From the NCBI GenBank assembly GCA_031835245.2, contig JAVKOQ020000061.1:1-64000 (forward strand): a DNA stretch of 64,000 nucleotides, read 5' to 3'. The stretch is from Balamuthia mandrillaris. Its lineage: Eukaryota. Positions 26,081 through 48,165 of this stretch are shown here, piece after piece; the first letter of the stretch is position 1, and every line of letters starts with the position of its first letter. Made by a program: the position numbers and the translations under genes. The notes beneath the pieces were generated by a model, which was given only the letters and a program-made list of their open reading frames with translations, ran no database searches and was not told the DNA's origin.

Positions 26081-26932
26081 CTCTGTCCCTCCGTTTTTCT
26101 TTCTTCTTTTGGTCTTTACGCAACCACAAAACTAAACAGCCAAACAATAAAAGTGAGCAAGCAAGAGTTATGGAAGTTTTTGCACAGGCAAGGCGTACGC
26201 TGTTCCAAAGAGGAGTTTATCTCTTTCTTCAACGAGCTGGATGAAGACAAAAGTGGCTCCCTTAGTTTCAGCGAGTTTGCGAAAGGCATGCGTGGTCTTC
26301 AAGCGGTATCGCTACTATCCTCACTTGCTCTAGTTTTTTTTCTTTCTTTGATCTTTTTCGTTTTGCTTCATAATATGTTTTCTTTAACTTGCTAATCTAC
26401 CAAAGGGTTTCAATATGAGCATCGGAGCAAAAGGAGGAAAGAAAATGGCTGCCAGGTTAAAGAATATTGGTGGCAGCAACAACAAAACCAGCAAAGAGGA
26501 AACCTCCTCCCCGGCTTCGTCATCCCCAAGAGAAGACAGATCCGTCCAAAGTAAACTTAAAGAGTTGGAGCAGAAGAACGCCATCTTATTTAACGTTTGT
26601 CTACATTCTTCCTCCTTCGATGTTTCTGTTATCGTAATTGTAACTCGTATTTTACAGTATTTGAAAGAGTTTGTGAGTAAAGGATTGGATTTGGCAGAAC
26701 GAGAACATGCAGCAAAACATTACAACGCAGCTGCTGCTCTCCTCCAGCTTATTGACTATCCTTTGGTACGCCATTTCTTTTTCATTTGTTACTATTGCTC
26801 ATGTTTCATGTTTTAACTTGTTCAAAGGTACAAAACATGGCAGTGTTTGTTGGGGATGACTTAACCTCCACCGAAACAGACGACCTCTACAACAAACTTC
26901 AAAAATCTCTCAAATCGCTAAACAAAAAGTAA
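24786..26932 (+). CDS. Calmodulin-like four-EF-hand protein with C-terminal extension
   Basis: EF loops DQDGDGQVTPSE, DTNNDGLLSFGD, DEDNNGGVSKQE and DEDKSGSLSFSE after splicing; stop TAA at 26930-26932. Confidence 0.82.
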
Positions 26933-27009
26933 CATCATTCAACCCTATTCGATTCGAAGCGAAGCAGAAAAGAGAGAGAGTGTGAAGATAGGCGAGATGC
27001 AGAGAAGCA

Positions 27010-27054
<45 letters not shown>

Positions 27055-27219
27055 ACAATAAAGTGAGAGACTGAGTGAGAGAGCAGAGAAGCAGAGAAGC
27101 AACCAAGCGAGAAAGAGAGGAGGGAAGTAATGAGGTAGATGAGAGATCTTAGCTGGAAAAGAACAGAGACCACGCAATTGTGGCCTCGAGGAAGGTATCG
27201 GCGAATTACCATGGCCGCC

Positions 27220-27360
27220 ATTTCTCCGTCGGAGAAATTTGATCTCCGTTTAACCAATAGGGACTAATCGGTGTATTTCTCCGATACTATTAACCAATAG
27301 GGAAGTTTTCGGAGCATTCAAAATCCTCCGGGCGTTTAACGTGCCTCCCAGCATAAAAAC
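27220..27360 (+). promoter_or_regulatory. GST promoter: CCG palindrome, duplicated CCAAT box, TATA-like element
   Basis: ATTTCTCCG-T-CGGAGAAAT at 27220-27238; TTAACCAATAGGGA at 27250 and 27290; CATAAAAA at about 27352. Confidence 0.55.
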
Positions 27361-27431
27361 CGCTTCTCGCTTCTTGCTTCAGTCCTCAACACTCAACAGA
27401 ACGAACATCACTCTCACCAACTACACACACA

Positions 27432-28204
27432 ATGTCCGTCGCAAAGCCTACTCTCACTTACTTCAACGGCCCCGGTCGCGCTGAGGTCCCCCGCCTGCTC
27501 CTCGAGCTGGCCGGCGTGGACTACGAGTGGGTGGGCTTCGCCTACAAGGGCTCCCCCGGCCCCGACTGGGCCGAGTACAAGAGCAAGCACGGGGAGGAGC
27601 TGGCCTTTGGCCAGGTGCCCCGGTACCAGGAGCCCGAGGGTCTTGACCTCGTCCAAAGCAACGCCATCTCTCGCCACCTTGCCAACAAACACGGCTTCAA
27701 TGGTTACCTTTCTCGCTCTCTCTCTTCTCACTCTCTCTCTCATGCTATCAAGATCGACTTTGTCAAACTCATCTTCTTTTCTTCTCTTTCTTCTTCCTGT
27801 TTGTTTGTTTGTGCACAAAAGGCACCAACGAAACAGAAGCTGCTCTGATCGATCAGTTCAGCGAGGGAGTGGGGGAGTTTGCTACTGCCGGCCTCAAGGT
27901 GATTTTTGCTCCCGAGGGCGCCAACAAGGCCGAGCTCCTCGCCAAGTTCCTCTCCGAGGACCTGCCCAAGTGGCTGGGCCACTTTGACCGCGCCCTCGCC
28001 AAGAACGGCACCGGCTTCTTCGTCGGCGACAAGGTCTCCTATGCCGACGTCGGCCTCTTCGTCACCTTCAACTTTGTGTTCAAGCTGCTGGAGGGCGCCC
28101 GCGAGGTCTTTGAGGGCTTCTCCCAGGTGAAGGCCGCCTACGAGAAGGTGGCCAGCCTGCCCAAGATCAAAGCGTTCTATGACTCCAAGCCCTATGGCAA
28201 CTAA
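27432..28204 (+). CDS. Glutathione S-transferase (Tyr-type, sigma/alpha-like), one intron
   Basis: LTYFNGPGRAE, FGQVP, QSNAISRHLA, FFVGDKVSYAD; strong C/G-ending codon bias. Confidence 0.93.
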
Positions 28205-28739
28205 AACCTTTTAGACAAGAAAAAGAAAAAGAAAAATAAAAAGCTGTATAGACACCTTGCCCGTTGCTATATTGCCTTGTGGTTTGTTTTGCTTGCATTC
28301 CAAGCACAAGAAGGAAGGAAGGAAGGAAAGGAAAGTAAGAAAGGAAGGAAGGAAGGAAAGAAAGAAAGAAAGAAAGAAAGAAACGACAATAAAGAAACGA
28401 CAAGAAAGAAACGACAAGAAAGGCAAAGTGGAGAGTTATTGATGGAGCACGGGTCATCAGCCAGGACAGAGGAGGAGGAGAAGGAAAGCAAAGCCCTTCC
28501 CTCCCTTCTCCAACCCTTTGCACACTCCACCGCCTGCAGCTTCGCCTTCGAGGATTTGACCTCCTTGTCGAGGGAGTTTGGCCAGCTCACCGCTCTGAGA
28601 GGCGTTTGGTGGGAGTTGTTGTGTTGCAGCCAAAGCTGCTTCCTCCGGCCCCTTGCTTGCTAAATGCTACCTCGCAACGAAGCAGTCGTGAGAAGAGAGA
28701 GAAAGAACGAACATGCGACAAAGTCTCTATATTAAAAAA

Positions 28740-38242
<9,503 letters not shown>

Positions 38243-38351
38243 CTTAGTTTTTCTTTCTTTCCCTTTTCTCTTCCCTTCTTTTACGTGAGCAAGAATAGGG
38301 AGGGAAAAGCCCTAATTTTTTTGCACAAGGTCGATTTTGGCGGGAAAAACA

Positions 38352-38470
38352 TGTCGACGGAAACAACAAAATGTCTACAGCAATGAACATATATCGTGTC
38401 GACATGATAACAGTATGTCTGTCGACAGTATTAGCAGTCTACAGAAATGTGTTGTAAAATTTTTGTCGAC
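38352..38470. promoter_or_regulatory. Four TGTCGAC copies in the divergent POLE promoter
   Basis: Copies at 38352, 38397, 38420 and 38464. Confidence 0.55.
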
Positions 38471-38614
38471 AGAATTACCGGGAAACGGGAACACATCTCG
38501 TAGAACTGCATTGTCGGAGACACTTTGGACAATGGAGAGTGATGGATTTGCACTCGCCTACTCCTCCTGTGACTTAACCTCACCAGCAGCAGAACGGAGG
38601 AGGAAGGGAAGAAA

Positions 38615-39419
38615 ATGGTGGAGAACATCAAAGGCACCTTCGAGATCCACCTCTTTGTGGCTCCCTTGAACCCGGACCAAGAGACCGTGGACCGGTTCGT
38701 GCAGGCCTGCGAGAGGGCCACCACCGGCCCCAACCACACCGTCAAGGGCCTCTTCCTCTACCTTGACTTTGAGCACCTGGGCTATGCCGGCGTCCTCCAG
38801 AGCTCGCGCTACACCCAAGGCACCATCGAGGACGCTCGTCGCGTGGTCCAAGAGGACTGCGAGATGTTGGAAGCGGCGGGCTTTGAGGTCATTCGCAGAA
38901 AGATCGAGTGTTTGGCCTCTAACGAAGGTAAAAGGAAACAGGAAGAAAGTAACAAACAACAAGCTAACTCTTTTGTCTGTCGTGACAACAACAGGTGTGC
39001 CTAGAAACGAGCAAGAAGATAAGGAACAACTCCCGGGCCACTACTTTGAGTTTCACATCAAGTGCGTCCCCACCGCTACCACGACAGTGGAGGAGGTACA
39101 GGCGGAGCAAGCAGTGGACGTCGAGACCCTGAAGCAACTCTCCGAGAAGCTCTCCAAGGAGCTGAACGTCCGCATCCCGCTCAGCTACAACGCCCTCCGA
39201 CCCTCCCAGCGCTTCCTCAACACCAGAACCTACGGGCTCGGCAGGGATCCCTCCTTCAAGACCGTGGAGGCCATCCGGGAGAGCATCAACGCCCTGGGCC
39301 ACATCCGAGTGGAAAAGGTCATCCGGGAGTTTATCTGCCAGGACGACAACACCGCCCTGGACGCCGGCTGGTTGGAACCCCTTGCCTATCAGAACAAACC
39401 CCTGCCTTGCGCTTCATAG
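38615..39419 (+). CDS. Conserved hypothetical protein (two exons)
   Basis: GC-biased codons and an in-frame GT-AG intron (about 38928-38995). Motifs GTFEIHLFV, IRRKIE, YFEFHIK, LSYNA, REF..DDNTALDAGWL. Confidence 0.75.
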
Positions 39420-39707
39420 CCCCCAACCAGATCCGCCCTCTCACGTGCGCATTTTATGTAGACTAATTCATTTTAGAATTTGCCCCCATATAGGCATATT
39501 GTCCCGGTATCTCGCTTGAAACACCCATTTATTGTTATTTTTTCATTTATTGAGTTTCTACTTCCCCGTTTTTCGGTTGCTTTTTTTTTTATTTATTTTT
39601 TTGCCAAGCAACAAAGCACATCTGTCTGGATAGAGCGGTAAGGAGAAGCTGCGAACACAGGAGAGATAGAGAGAGACCCCAAAAAAAAAATAAAATAAAC
39701 AGAGGAC

Positions 39708-40835
39708 ATGTCTGGGAGTAATGGTTGGTGGTTTTTGGTGGCGTTGTTCTTGTCAGCGGCGGTGGACGTTGGGCAAGGGAGTTGGGCGTTCCTCCGAGTG
39801 GAGAATCCGACCCCTGGCACCACCGCCTCTGCCCTCTTCCAAATGAAAATGCAAGGAGTTCATTACGGCACCTATAAATTCCAGCTAACCTCCTCATCCT
39901 TGGCGAAAGAGAACTGTAGGTGTTCCCCTTTTTCTTCTCCTCTTCCCTTTTTTTCTCAAAAAAAACTTTTCTCCTACCAAGACGGCGTCGTCAGCAGCAG
40001 CAGTCCCAACCAGGAATGGACATGCGACGACCAGCGCTGTTTTAGTGATGACGCTTGGGCGTTTTGTCATACGTTCGAGGGCGACCCAACGATCTATTGC
40101 ACTTATTCCGACCTCGTTCTCAAGGTAGACATTGCCATCCCCTCCGATGCCATCCGTGAACGAATAACCAACGGCAAGGGAGTCTTCACCAATGTCCGTT
40201 ACAGTACGCATAACACCTTCTCTCCTTGCGTTCCTCCGTCCTGCACAGCTCTTATGGCCAACAACATTTTTTTTCTGTGTTCACAGGTTACCCTGAGAAT
40301 GTCGCGCAGCAAACAACTCGGTGGGAGAGTCCATTGAGCTTCACCACCGGAGAGGCGTTGGTCTCGTTGAACTCCTCCATCCGGTCTCAACAGCCCCTTC
40401 ATGTGGCTGGAGAGCCTGCGGTGGTCGAGCTATGGGTCGGCAACGCCGGCCCATCCAACGCAAGAGACTCCGCATGTGATATCACCGTTTCGCATCCTGA
40501 CTTTGTGGTGCTCCCTTCCAATTGCCAAACTCTGGAGGGTAACCGGCTGAGATGCAACGGAACCGGGGACATCTTGCCACTGGCAGAAGGTATTTGTCTG
40601 AGCTTGGAGCAGGAGAGAGTTTGATAGATTGCAAGGTGATGGACTCATCTTGCAAATTTCTCAATAGGATCCGTCGCCGAACTGGTCATACTTCCAGCAG
40701 CGGACTATCGTGACTCCGTAACCATAGAGGCGGACAATTGTTACGTGTTTGGCACCGTTAGCTCCATGGCTTCGCAGGTACTCAGCTTTGACGTCACTCC
40801 AGTTTGGAACCTCGCCCAATCCTTTGCAGGTATTG

Positions 40836-40873
<38 letters not shown>

Positions 40874-43663
40874 CTTCTCTTGTTATTTCGTTCTTTTGTT
40901 TGTTATAGAATGAATATGAACCTCCTCCCAACACCCTTGCAGAAGATACCGAAAGCAGCCTCCAAGTCGGCTCAGTGGCTCACATCACTTCCCTCATTCA
41001 CAATGTTGGTCCCTCCTCTTCCTTGGGATCGCTTTGTACCTGGAACTTTTCCGTTGCTGCCCTTCTCTTTGAAGGCAGCGCTGCTCACGCCTCCAACTGT
41101 GAAGCAAGTTACCATCCAAATCTTAGGGTCTCTTGCGAAGTAGATGCTGCCCCAGGCGACACCACGCCCACCATTTCGGTCTCATCTTTGCCCGAACTTT
41201 CAGGCACTCCATCTTTCAATGTTTCTTTCACTTGCCTGGATGAAGCGGGCATCGAAGTGGGAGGAGAACAGCCTTCTCTGAACGTGATGTTCATTGAAGA
41301 ACTCGGTAATGTTGATGTCCGTGTTGATATCCTCTCTTGGTCCTCAGACGAGAAGGAGGAGACCAAACGGCAGCCAGAAGCCGGCCTGGATGGAGAGGAA
41401 ACCAAAGTACAAAGCAAAAGAAAGCAGGTGAGTTCTCCTCCTATGCTTGGTTCAAGTTCCATACTCACGCATATCCTCGCGATAACACCTCAATATTATT
41501 TGCAAGACGGAAGATGGGGCTATCGTCTTTAATGCAACCATTGCTGTGTTTTTAGAGGCCAACATTTCCGGTGCTGGCTTCGCCAGGGATGTGACCTGCG
41601 GAGTCTTTTTCAACGGAGTAGACGCTCCCCTGCTTTCTTCCTCCTCCGAGTCTTCCCCCTCTTGTGTGGACCATGGCGTGCAGTTCACCACCGATGGTCT
41701 TCCCTTTTGGTTGACAGAATGTACATTCGAGGAGATGAGAGCTGGGATTGCATCCAAAGCACAGGCCATCCTCTCTGTGGATCCACGAGTGAGAGAGTTG
41801 CAAGTGTCCGTGGAATGCGACAGCCCTTTCCCAAACACCATCCAAAACCCAGTCGTTCAACCGGTGAGCTTCCATTTTGTGCACGGTACGCTTCCCTTGC
41901 GTTCCTTACGTCGATCCTCGAGTAATGAACTTAGTTTTTGTTTTTTTACCCCAAACAACAGTGGATGCTATCGACGATGATTCCTCAAGTTCTTCTTCAT
42001 CATCATCATCGTCATCGTCGTCGTCTTCTTCTCCGACAGGAGAAAACAATTCAGAAGAGGGTTTCGCGGGCAAATGGATTTGGGTCACCATCGGAGCGGG
42101 AGGCGGGCTGCTCTTGATCCTTCTCATCGTTCCAACCTTGGCATGCATTGCCTATCGCCGACGCAGAGCCCTGCAAAGAAAGAGAAGAGACATGATCGAC
42201 CTGGAGTCTGCTGATGAAATGGAGGTCTACGCCACTCCCACGGCGTTTTCAAGATCGGGAGCCAGCAAACAGGCCTCAGCCTCAGGAGAGAGAGGAATCC
42301 AATGGGAAATACCATTCTCCGAACTGGAGTTCATTGAGGTGATTGGCAAAGGGTAAGTTCCATTCTCCTCACATCCTCTTTTCTTATGAAGTTGGAGCAC
42401 AAACAATACGTTGTTCCTGAAACAGAGGTTTCGGTGTGGTATGGCGAGGCAACTGGAGAGAAACACCTGTCGCCATCAAACTGGTTCGTTCATTCCTTCT
42501 TCATTTCCTCTCCGGACTTTGGATACGGAGAGACTTACCGGGTTGTTGTTTGTTCTTGATGCATAGTTCAACGAGATCATGGATTCTCCGGCCCTCAAAG
42601 AGAACTTCAAAGCTGAAATGAACATTATGAAGTACCCATCTTTGCTCTCTGACTGAGGCCCTTTTCTTTTTCTGTGCACACTCATTGGTTTCATTCTGTG
42701 TTAAACAAAAAACAGGAACCTGAGACCACACACCAATGTTGTGCAACTGTACGGGGTCTGCATGGAAGAGGACCACCCGTGGTGCTTGGTGACGGAGTAC
42801 TTGGAGAAAGGCGACCTCAAGCATTTCCTTTGCGACAACCCGCCTGAAGGTTATCGGCCCATCATCCAGATGGCCATTCAGGTGGCCAGAGGCATGCATC
42901 ACTTGCACTCGGAAGGCATCATCCATCGTGACCTTGCTGCCCGCAACATTCTCCTCACTTCAGAGCTCTCCATCAAAGTTGGAGGTTTGGTTTCTTCTGC
43001 CGTTTTCTTCTTCCTCCTCCTCCCTCTCCTTCGTTCATGGCTTACGAGCCGTGACAACAGACTTTGGTTTGTCAAGCATGGTGGATGAATCCGCTGGAGA
43101 GTCAAAGGTTCCGATAAGATGGACTGCTCCAGAAGCTTTGGACGGAAAAGGCCAAGCCACAGACAAGTCCGACGTGTGGAGTACGTTCTCTGCTCTTCAT
43201 TGCTCTCATCTCTTTCTCTTTCCTTCTCTCCTTCGTTCTTCCTTCCCTCCTGCGTTCGCCAACCATCCCATTCCTCTGTGCGCCTCTTACTCTTTTCCAA
43301 CAGGTTATGGTGTGTTGCTTTGGGAGATGGTGAATCCGGGAAAACAGCCCTACGCCGGACAGAACAACGTTCAGGTCGTTCTCTCCGTGCTGAACGGAGA
43401 GGTGCTCAGCCTGCCTCCTTCCGCTCCACAGCTGTTGCACGACTTGTTGCACGAATGCTTCCAAATAGATCCCAAGAAAAGGTACCTTCTTCCATTCTTT
43501 CGAATGTTCTCCTTCCCTCTCCTCCCCATTTGGTTGGTGCCGGCACTCTCTGACCAGGTCTTTCTCCTCATCTTCTTCATCCTCTCGTTTGTTGCTTTGC
43601 CCGGCAAAAAGGCCTTCATTCCGAGACATCATTAAGCGGTTGCAAAAGGCCAAAGAAGTTTAG
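39708..43663 (+). CDS. Receptor-type tyrosine kinase / TKL with NxGPS-containing (DUF11/Ig-like) ectodomain
   Basis: Signal peptide. VGNAGPSNA and HNVGPSSS in the ectodomain. TM WIWVTIGAGGGLLLILLIVPTLACIAY followed by RRRR. Kinase motifs IGKG.FGVV, VAIK, HRDLAARN, DFGLS, VPIRWTAPE, SDVWS. Confidence 0.88.
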
Positions 43664-43754
43664 GGCGTGAGTTTTGTTCTGTTCCACTGTATGTATCATG
43701 ATGTAAGAAAGGGAGGTACCCTATGAAACTCAACCAGGAGGCACAGAGAAAGAC

Positions 43755-43795
<41 letters not shown>

Positions 43796-43844
43796 AAGAG
43801 AGAGAGAGAGAGAGAGTAGAGAGAAGAACAGGAGACTGGAGATT

Positions 43845-43902
43845 CACGTCGTCATGAAAGGTTTTTCGCGTCGTCATGATGAATGGTCACGTCGTCATGA
43901 AA
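43845..43902 (+). promoter_or_regulatory. Triple CRCGTCGTCATGA repeat upstream of PSAT-Maf
   Basis: Copies at 43845, 43867 and 43888, 42-99 nt before the ATG at 43944. Confidence 0.55.
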
Positions 43903-43943
43903 CTTCAAACGCAAACAAAACTCTTCATCCGATCAACAAAAGA

Positions 43944-44415
43944 ATGAAAGGAGGAGGAGGGCGCGACAGAGCCAAGACGTTCAACTTTAGCGCTGGCCCA
44001 GCCACCTTGCCCACGGAGGTGCTCGAGAGGGCATCCGCGGAGCTGCTAAACTGGCGAGGCTCCGGCATGAGCGTCATGGAAATGTCCCATCGTGGCAAGG
44101 AGTTCATCTCCATTCTTCATCAGGCTGAGGCCGACCTTCGTGAATTGCTGTGAGCAAACTAACTACTTTTTTTTTTCACTTTCTTTTGTGTTGTTGTGAT
44201 CACACTGAACTTTGTTTTGTCGATTCTTGTTGGCTGATGAAAAAACAGTGATTTGCCATCCAACTACAAAGTGTTGTTCCTGCAGGGTGGTGCCACTGCC
44301 CAATTTGCGGCCATCCCGCTCAACATGTTGGCTAACAAGGACAGCGCTGACTACCTTGTCACTGGAAACTGGTCTGACAAGGCTTTTTTCGAAGTACCTT
44401 TTTTTTTTCTCTTTC

Positions 44416-44451
<36 letters not shown>

Positions 44452-46414
44452 CACTCGTGCTCTCTGTTCTCACTCTCACTTTCTTTCTCTCACTGGTTCT
44501 CACTCTGCTCTCTGCTCTCTGCCTAACCTCTTTCGGTCTCTCTCTCTCTCTCTCTCTCTATTTTTCTCTCTATCAAGGCAAAACTCTACTTTAAACCAAA
44601 CATGGTTATGTCAGACTTGCCCAAATTTACTACTGTGCCAGAGCGTGACACGTGGTTCTGCAATCCTGATGCTGCTTACTTTCACTATTGCGACAATGAA
44701 ACCGTTCATGGTGCGTACGTTTCTTTCGTTTTATCATCTATTTTCTTCTTGTTCTTCTTCTCTTCTATCATACCGCTGGTTTGTTCTTCTGGTTCTCTTT
44801 AACAATACGGTTTTCCTATCAGGCATAGAGTTTCCAGCAGACTACTTTGCACAACCAGAGAACAAAGTCTCAGTTCCTCTCGTCGCCGACATGTCCTCCA
44901 ACTTCTGCTCTCGCCCCTTTGATATCACTCCCTACTCAGTCATCTACGCCGGCGCCCAAAAGAACATCGGCATCGCCGGTTTGACCGTCGTCATCGTTCG
45001 CGAGGATGTTCTCTCCGACGAAGAAGGAGATTCAAGAAAGAGCGAGAGGCATCTTTGTCCCACCATTCTCGATTGGCAGCTTTATGCCGACAACGAAAGT
45101 TGTCTCAACACTCCTTCATGCTACGCTATCTACATGGCTGGACTTTGCTTTCGTTGGTTGTTGGACCAAGCAAAGAAAGAAGAACAAGGAGAAGGAAGCT
45201 CGTCGAGTTCAAGCAAGAAGCGATCTCCGTTGGAATGGATCGGCCGACGCAACGAACGGAAAAGCAAGCGACTCTACGATTTCTTGGACCAAAGTAAACT
45301 CTTTCGCTGTCGCGTGCAGGACAAACGTTACCGCTCACGCATGAACGTCACTTTTGGCTTTGCTCATGGAGCGGATCCGGAGCTGGAAGCCCTTCTGGTG
45401 AAGGAGGCCGAAGGGAGATTGTTGTTGGGACTGAAGGGCTATCGCACGTTGGGAGGATTTCGAGCTTCTCTCTACAACGCAATGACCGAAGAAGGAGTGG
45501 AACGGTTGGTGGCGTTCTTGAAAGAGTTTGAGCAGAAGCACGCTTTGCACAAGATGTTGCAGAAGAGGAAGATGAGAGTGGTGTTGGGATCTTCTTCAGT
45601 GTACAGGAAGGCGGTGTTGAAGGAGGAAATGGGATTTAAGGAGTTTGTGACGATGAGCCCTGACATTGACGAGAAGAGCATTCGTAAGCATTTTCCCCGC
45701 CTCTTTCCCTCCTTTCTCTTCTCTCTCTTTTTCCCTCTAAGTGCTTTCAAACGTGTTGCAGGTGATGATGATCCGAAAAAAATGGTTGTGAAGATTGCCA
45801 ATGCGAAAGCTGATGCTCTCCTTCCACTGGTACATACTTCTTTTCTCTCTCTCTTTCTCTTCTCCTTTCTCTCCACATTTGTATCCAATGCTGATTCTCT
45901 GTTTGCACAAAAAAAGTTAAAAGAAGGAGCATTGCTGATAACGTCTGATCAAGTGGTGATGTGCAACGGCGAAGTCAGAGAGAAGCCAACCAATGCTGAG
46001 CACTGTAAATCCTATCTGCGGAGCTATGCCCAACACCCCGCTCAGACCATCTGTGGTGTCGTGGTCACGAATACTTCAACTGGTTTGTTCTTCTCTTTCT
46101 CTCTTTCTTCCTTGTGCATTTGCTTTTCTTCTCTCTTTCTGCAACTTAACAATAACGAATGAACAAACAAACAAACAGGAAAACGTTATGAAGGAGTGGA
46201 TATCGCTGTGCAACACTTCAAACCCATCCCAGAAGAAGCCATCCAAAAGCTGATCGACATCGGGGATGTGATGCACTGCTGCGGCGGGTTCGTGGTCGAA
46301 CAAATGGAGGAGTGGTTGGGCGCTTTGGAAGGAGAGATAGAGTCCGTTCGAGGTCTGCCCAAAGCGCTTACCCTTCGTCTTTTGCAGCAAGCTCTCTCGG
46401 AAAGGTCATCTTAA
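43944..46414 (+). CDS. serC: Phosphoserine aminotransferase fused to a C-terminal Maf (YceF-type) nucleotide pyrophosphatase
   Basis: PSAT motifs [41 protein letters not shown] (PLP Lys), [10 protein letters not shown]. The same exon continues into Maf motifs [15 protein letters not shown], then [24 protein letters not shown]. Confidence 0.88.
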
Positions 46415-46435
46415 ATCCAAGGTTCTGCTTGCTAT

Positions 46436-48133
46436 TTATTCTTTTATACAAAAGAGAGAAGCGTAATGGTGGGGAGAGGGTGGAGAGGAGGAAGATGAAG
46501 TGGATGAACCCAGTTTTTTGTTGTATCCTTTACGCCCGTGCAGGAACACTTTGAACCATTCGTGTGATGCCTCGTGGCCAGGCGCCACCGCAGGGGCTGT
46601 GCATGAAGAAAGGATGGAGAACGAGACAAGTGAGAAGTGAAGACAAGCGAGAAGAGAAGAGTGCAGAGAGAAAAAGATTTTACCAACGGGATTCTTTCCT
46701 TCGGTAAAGCAGGTGTGGCAGAGATCTAACCAAGAAGAGTTGAGGAGAGGGTAAATCTCTTGGCGTGACCGAAAGAGAAGAGAAGAGAGAAAGGAAGGCA
46801 TACCAAAGTTGCATCTTTTGAAGCAACGATAACGCAAACCCGTTATCGGAATGACGTCGCCTTTTTGCCCAAGTTAGAGTTCAAGAAAATAATAGAGAAC
46901 GAAGAGAAAGAGAAATAGAAAGGGAGCTTAGAGATGACTTACATCCATCGCATTGATAGCCATTATGTCTCACTGGGTAAACAGAAAGAGGTGAGAACAA
47001 CGTTTTAAAATGGAAATGAAAACATGTATGCAAACCTCCAGTCACACGCTGTTCGAACCGGCCTCGCACTTCTTCTGCATCCGAAGCTACAAAAGAGAGT
47101 CATGAATCACAAGAGAGAAGCGTAGAGAAGACAGAGCAAAGCGATAAAGAACGACAAATAAAATAAACGTACGAGGCGGAGGAACAAGTCTGAAAAGTTG
47201 TTGCATCTCGTTCCTTGCAAGCGCTCTTCCTCCATAATACAAGACTGAGTCCAAATGACCATCCAGATGATAGGTTTCCACCTGTGAACCGGCTTGTTCT
47301 TCTTCCCGTTGCTCTTCTACCTCTTGATCTCCCTCTGATTCTTCGTCTTCCTCTGCTGGTTCTTCTTCTTCCATTGTTTGTGGCTGAATAAAAGGGAGAG
47401 GGAGCTGTACTTCAAACCCAGAAAAAAGTGAGAGCGGTCTTCGTCGCTCCGGTCCTCCTCTTCTTCTTCTACCAATCATTGCAAGCAAAGCAAGGATGTC
47501 GTCATTGGCAATATCGTCGAATCGTGATAGCAGTTCACCTCTTATTGAATCCATTTCTTCATTCTCATCTTCTTCATTGTGAGTGTCCTCTCTTTCTTTC
47601 GAAAATATGCTCTTATGAAGACGCGACGATGCAACAATGACGCCGTCAAAGTAGAGCACGAGGTGGTACGTTTCGTCATCCTTTTTGCTGTTGCTGCTTA
47701 CAGCTGCTTCTTCCTCCTCTCCTTCCATCTCTTCATATGAGTGGACTGCTTCCGTTGTTGCTGCTTCATCGCCATCTTTGTGTTCGGTTTCTTCTTCCTT
47801 CTGCGTTGAAGACTTGAAGGAAGAGGAACGACAGCACCGAAGCAGAACATGAGTCCATTCAAGAGGCGGCAAAGTCTGAGAAGATTCCATCAGCGACAAC
47901 CATTTTCTTCTTTCGTTGGCTGAAGATGTTGCTCCTCCCTCTTTCGGCTTTGGTTTTCCTTTGTTTGCACAAACGGAGAGGGCGTTCGCGGTGCGAGCCC
48001 CCATGACCACAGAGAGCGAAGCCCTCTTGCCTTCGATGTAGACTAATGGGATCGGTTCGTTCGGTTGCACCATTGCGTGGTATATCTTTTTTTCGAAGAG
48101 AGGAAGAAAAAGACAGAGCCAAACACAGAGAGA

Positions 48134-48165
<32 letters not shown>

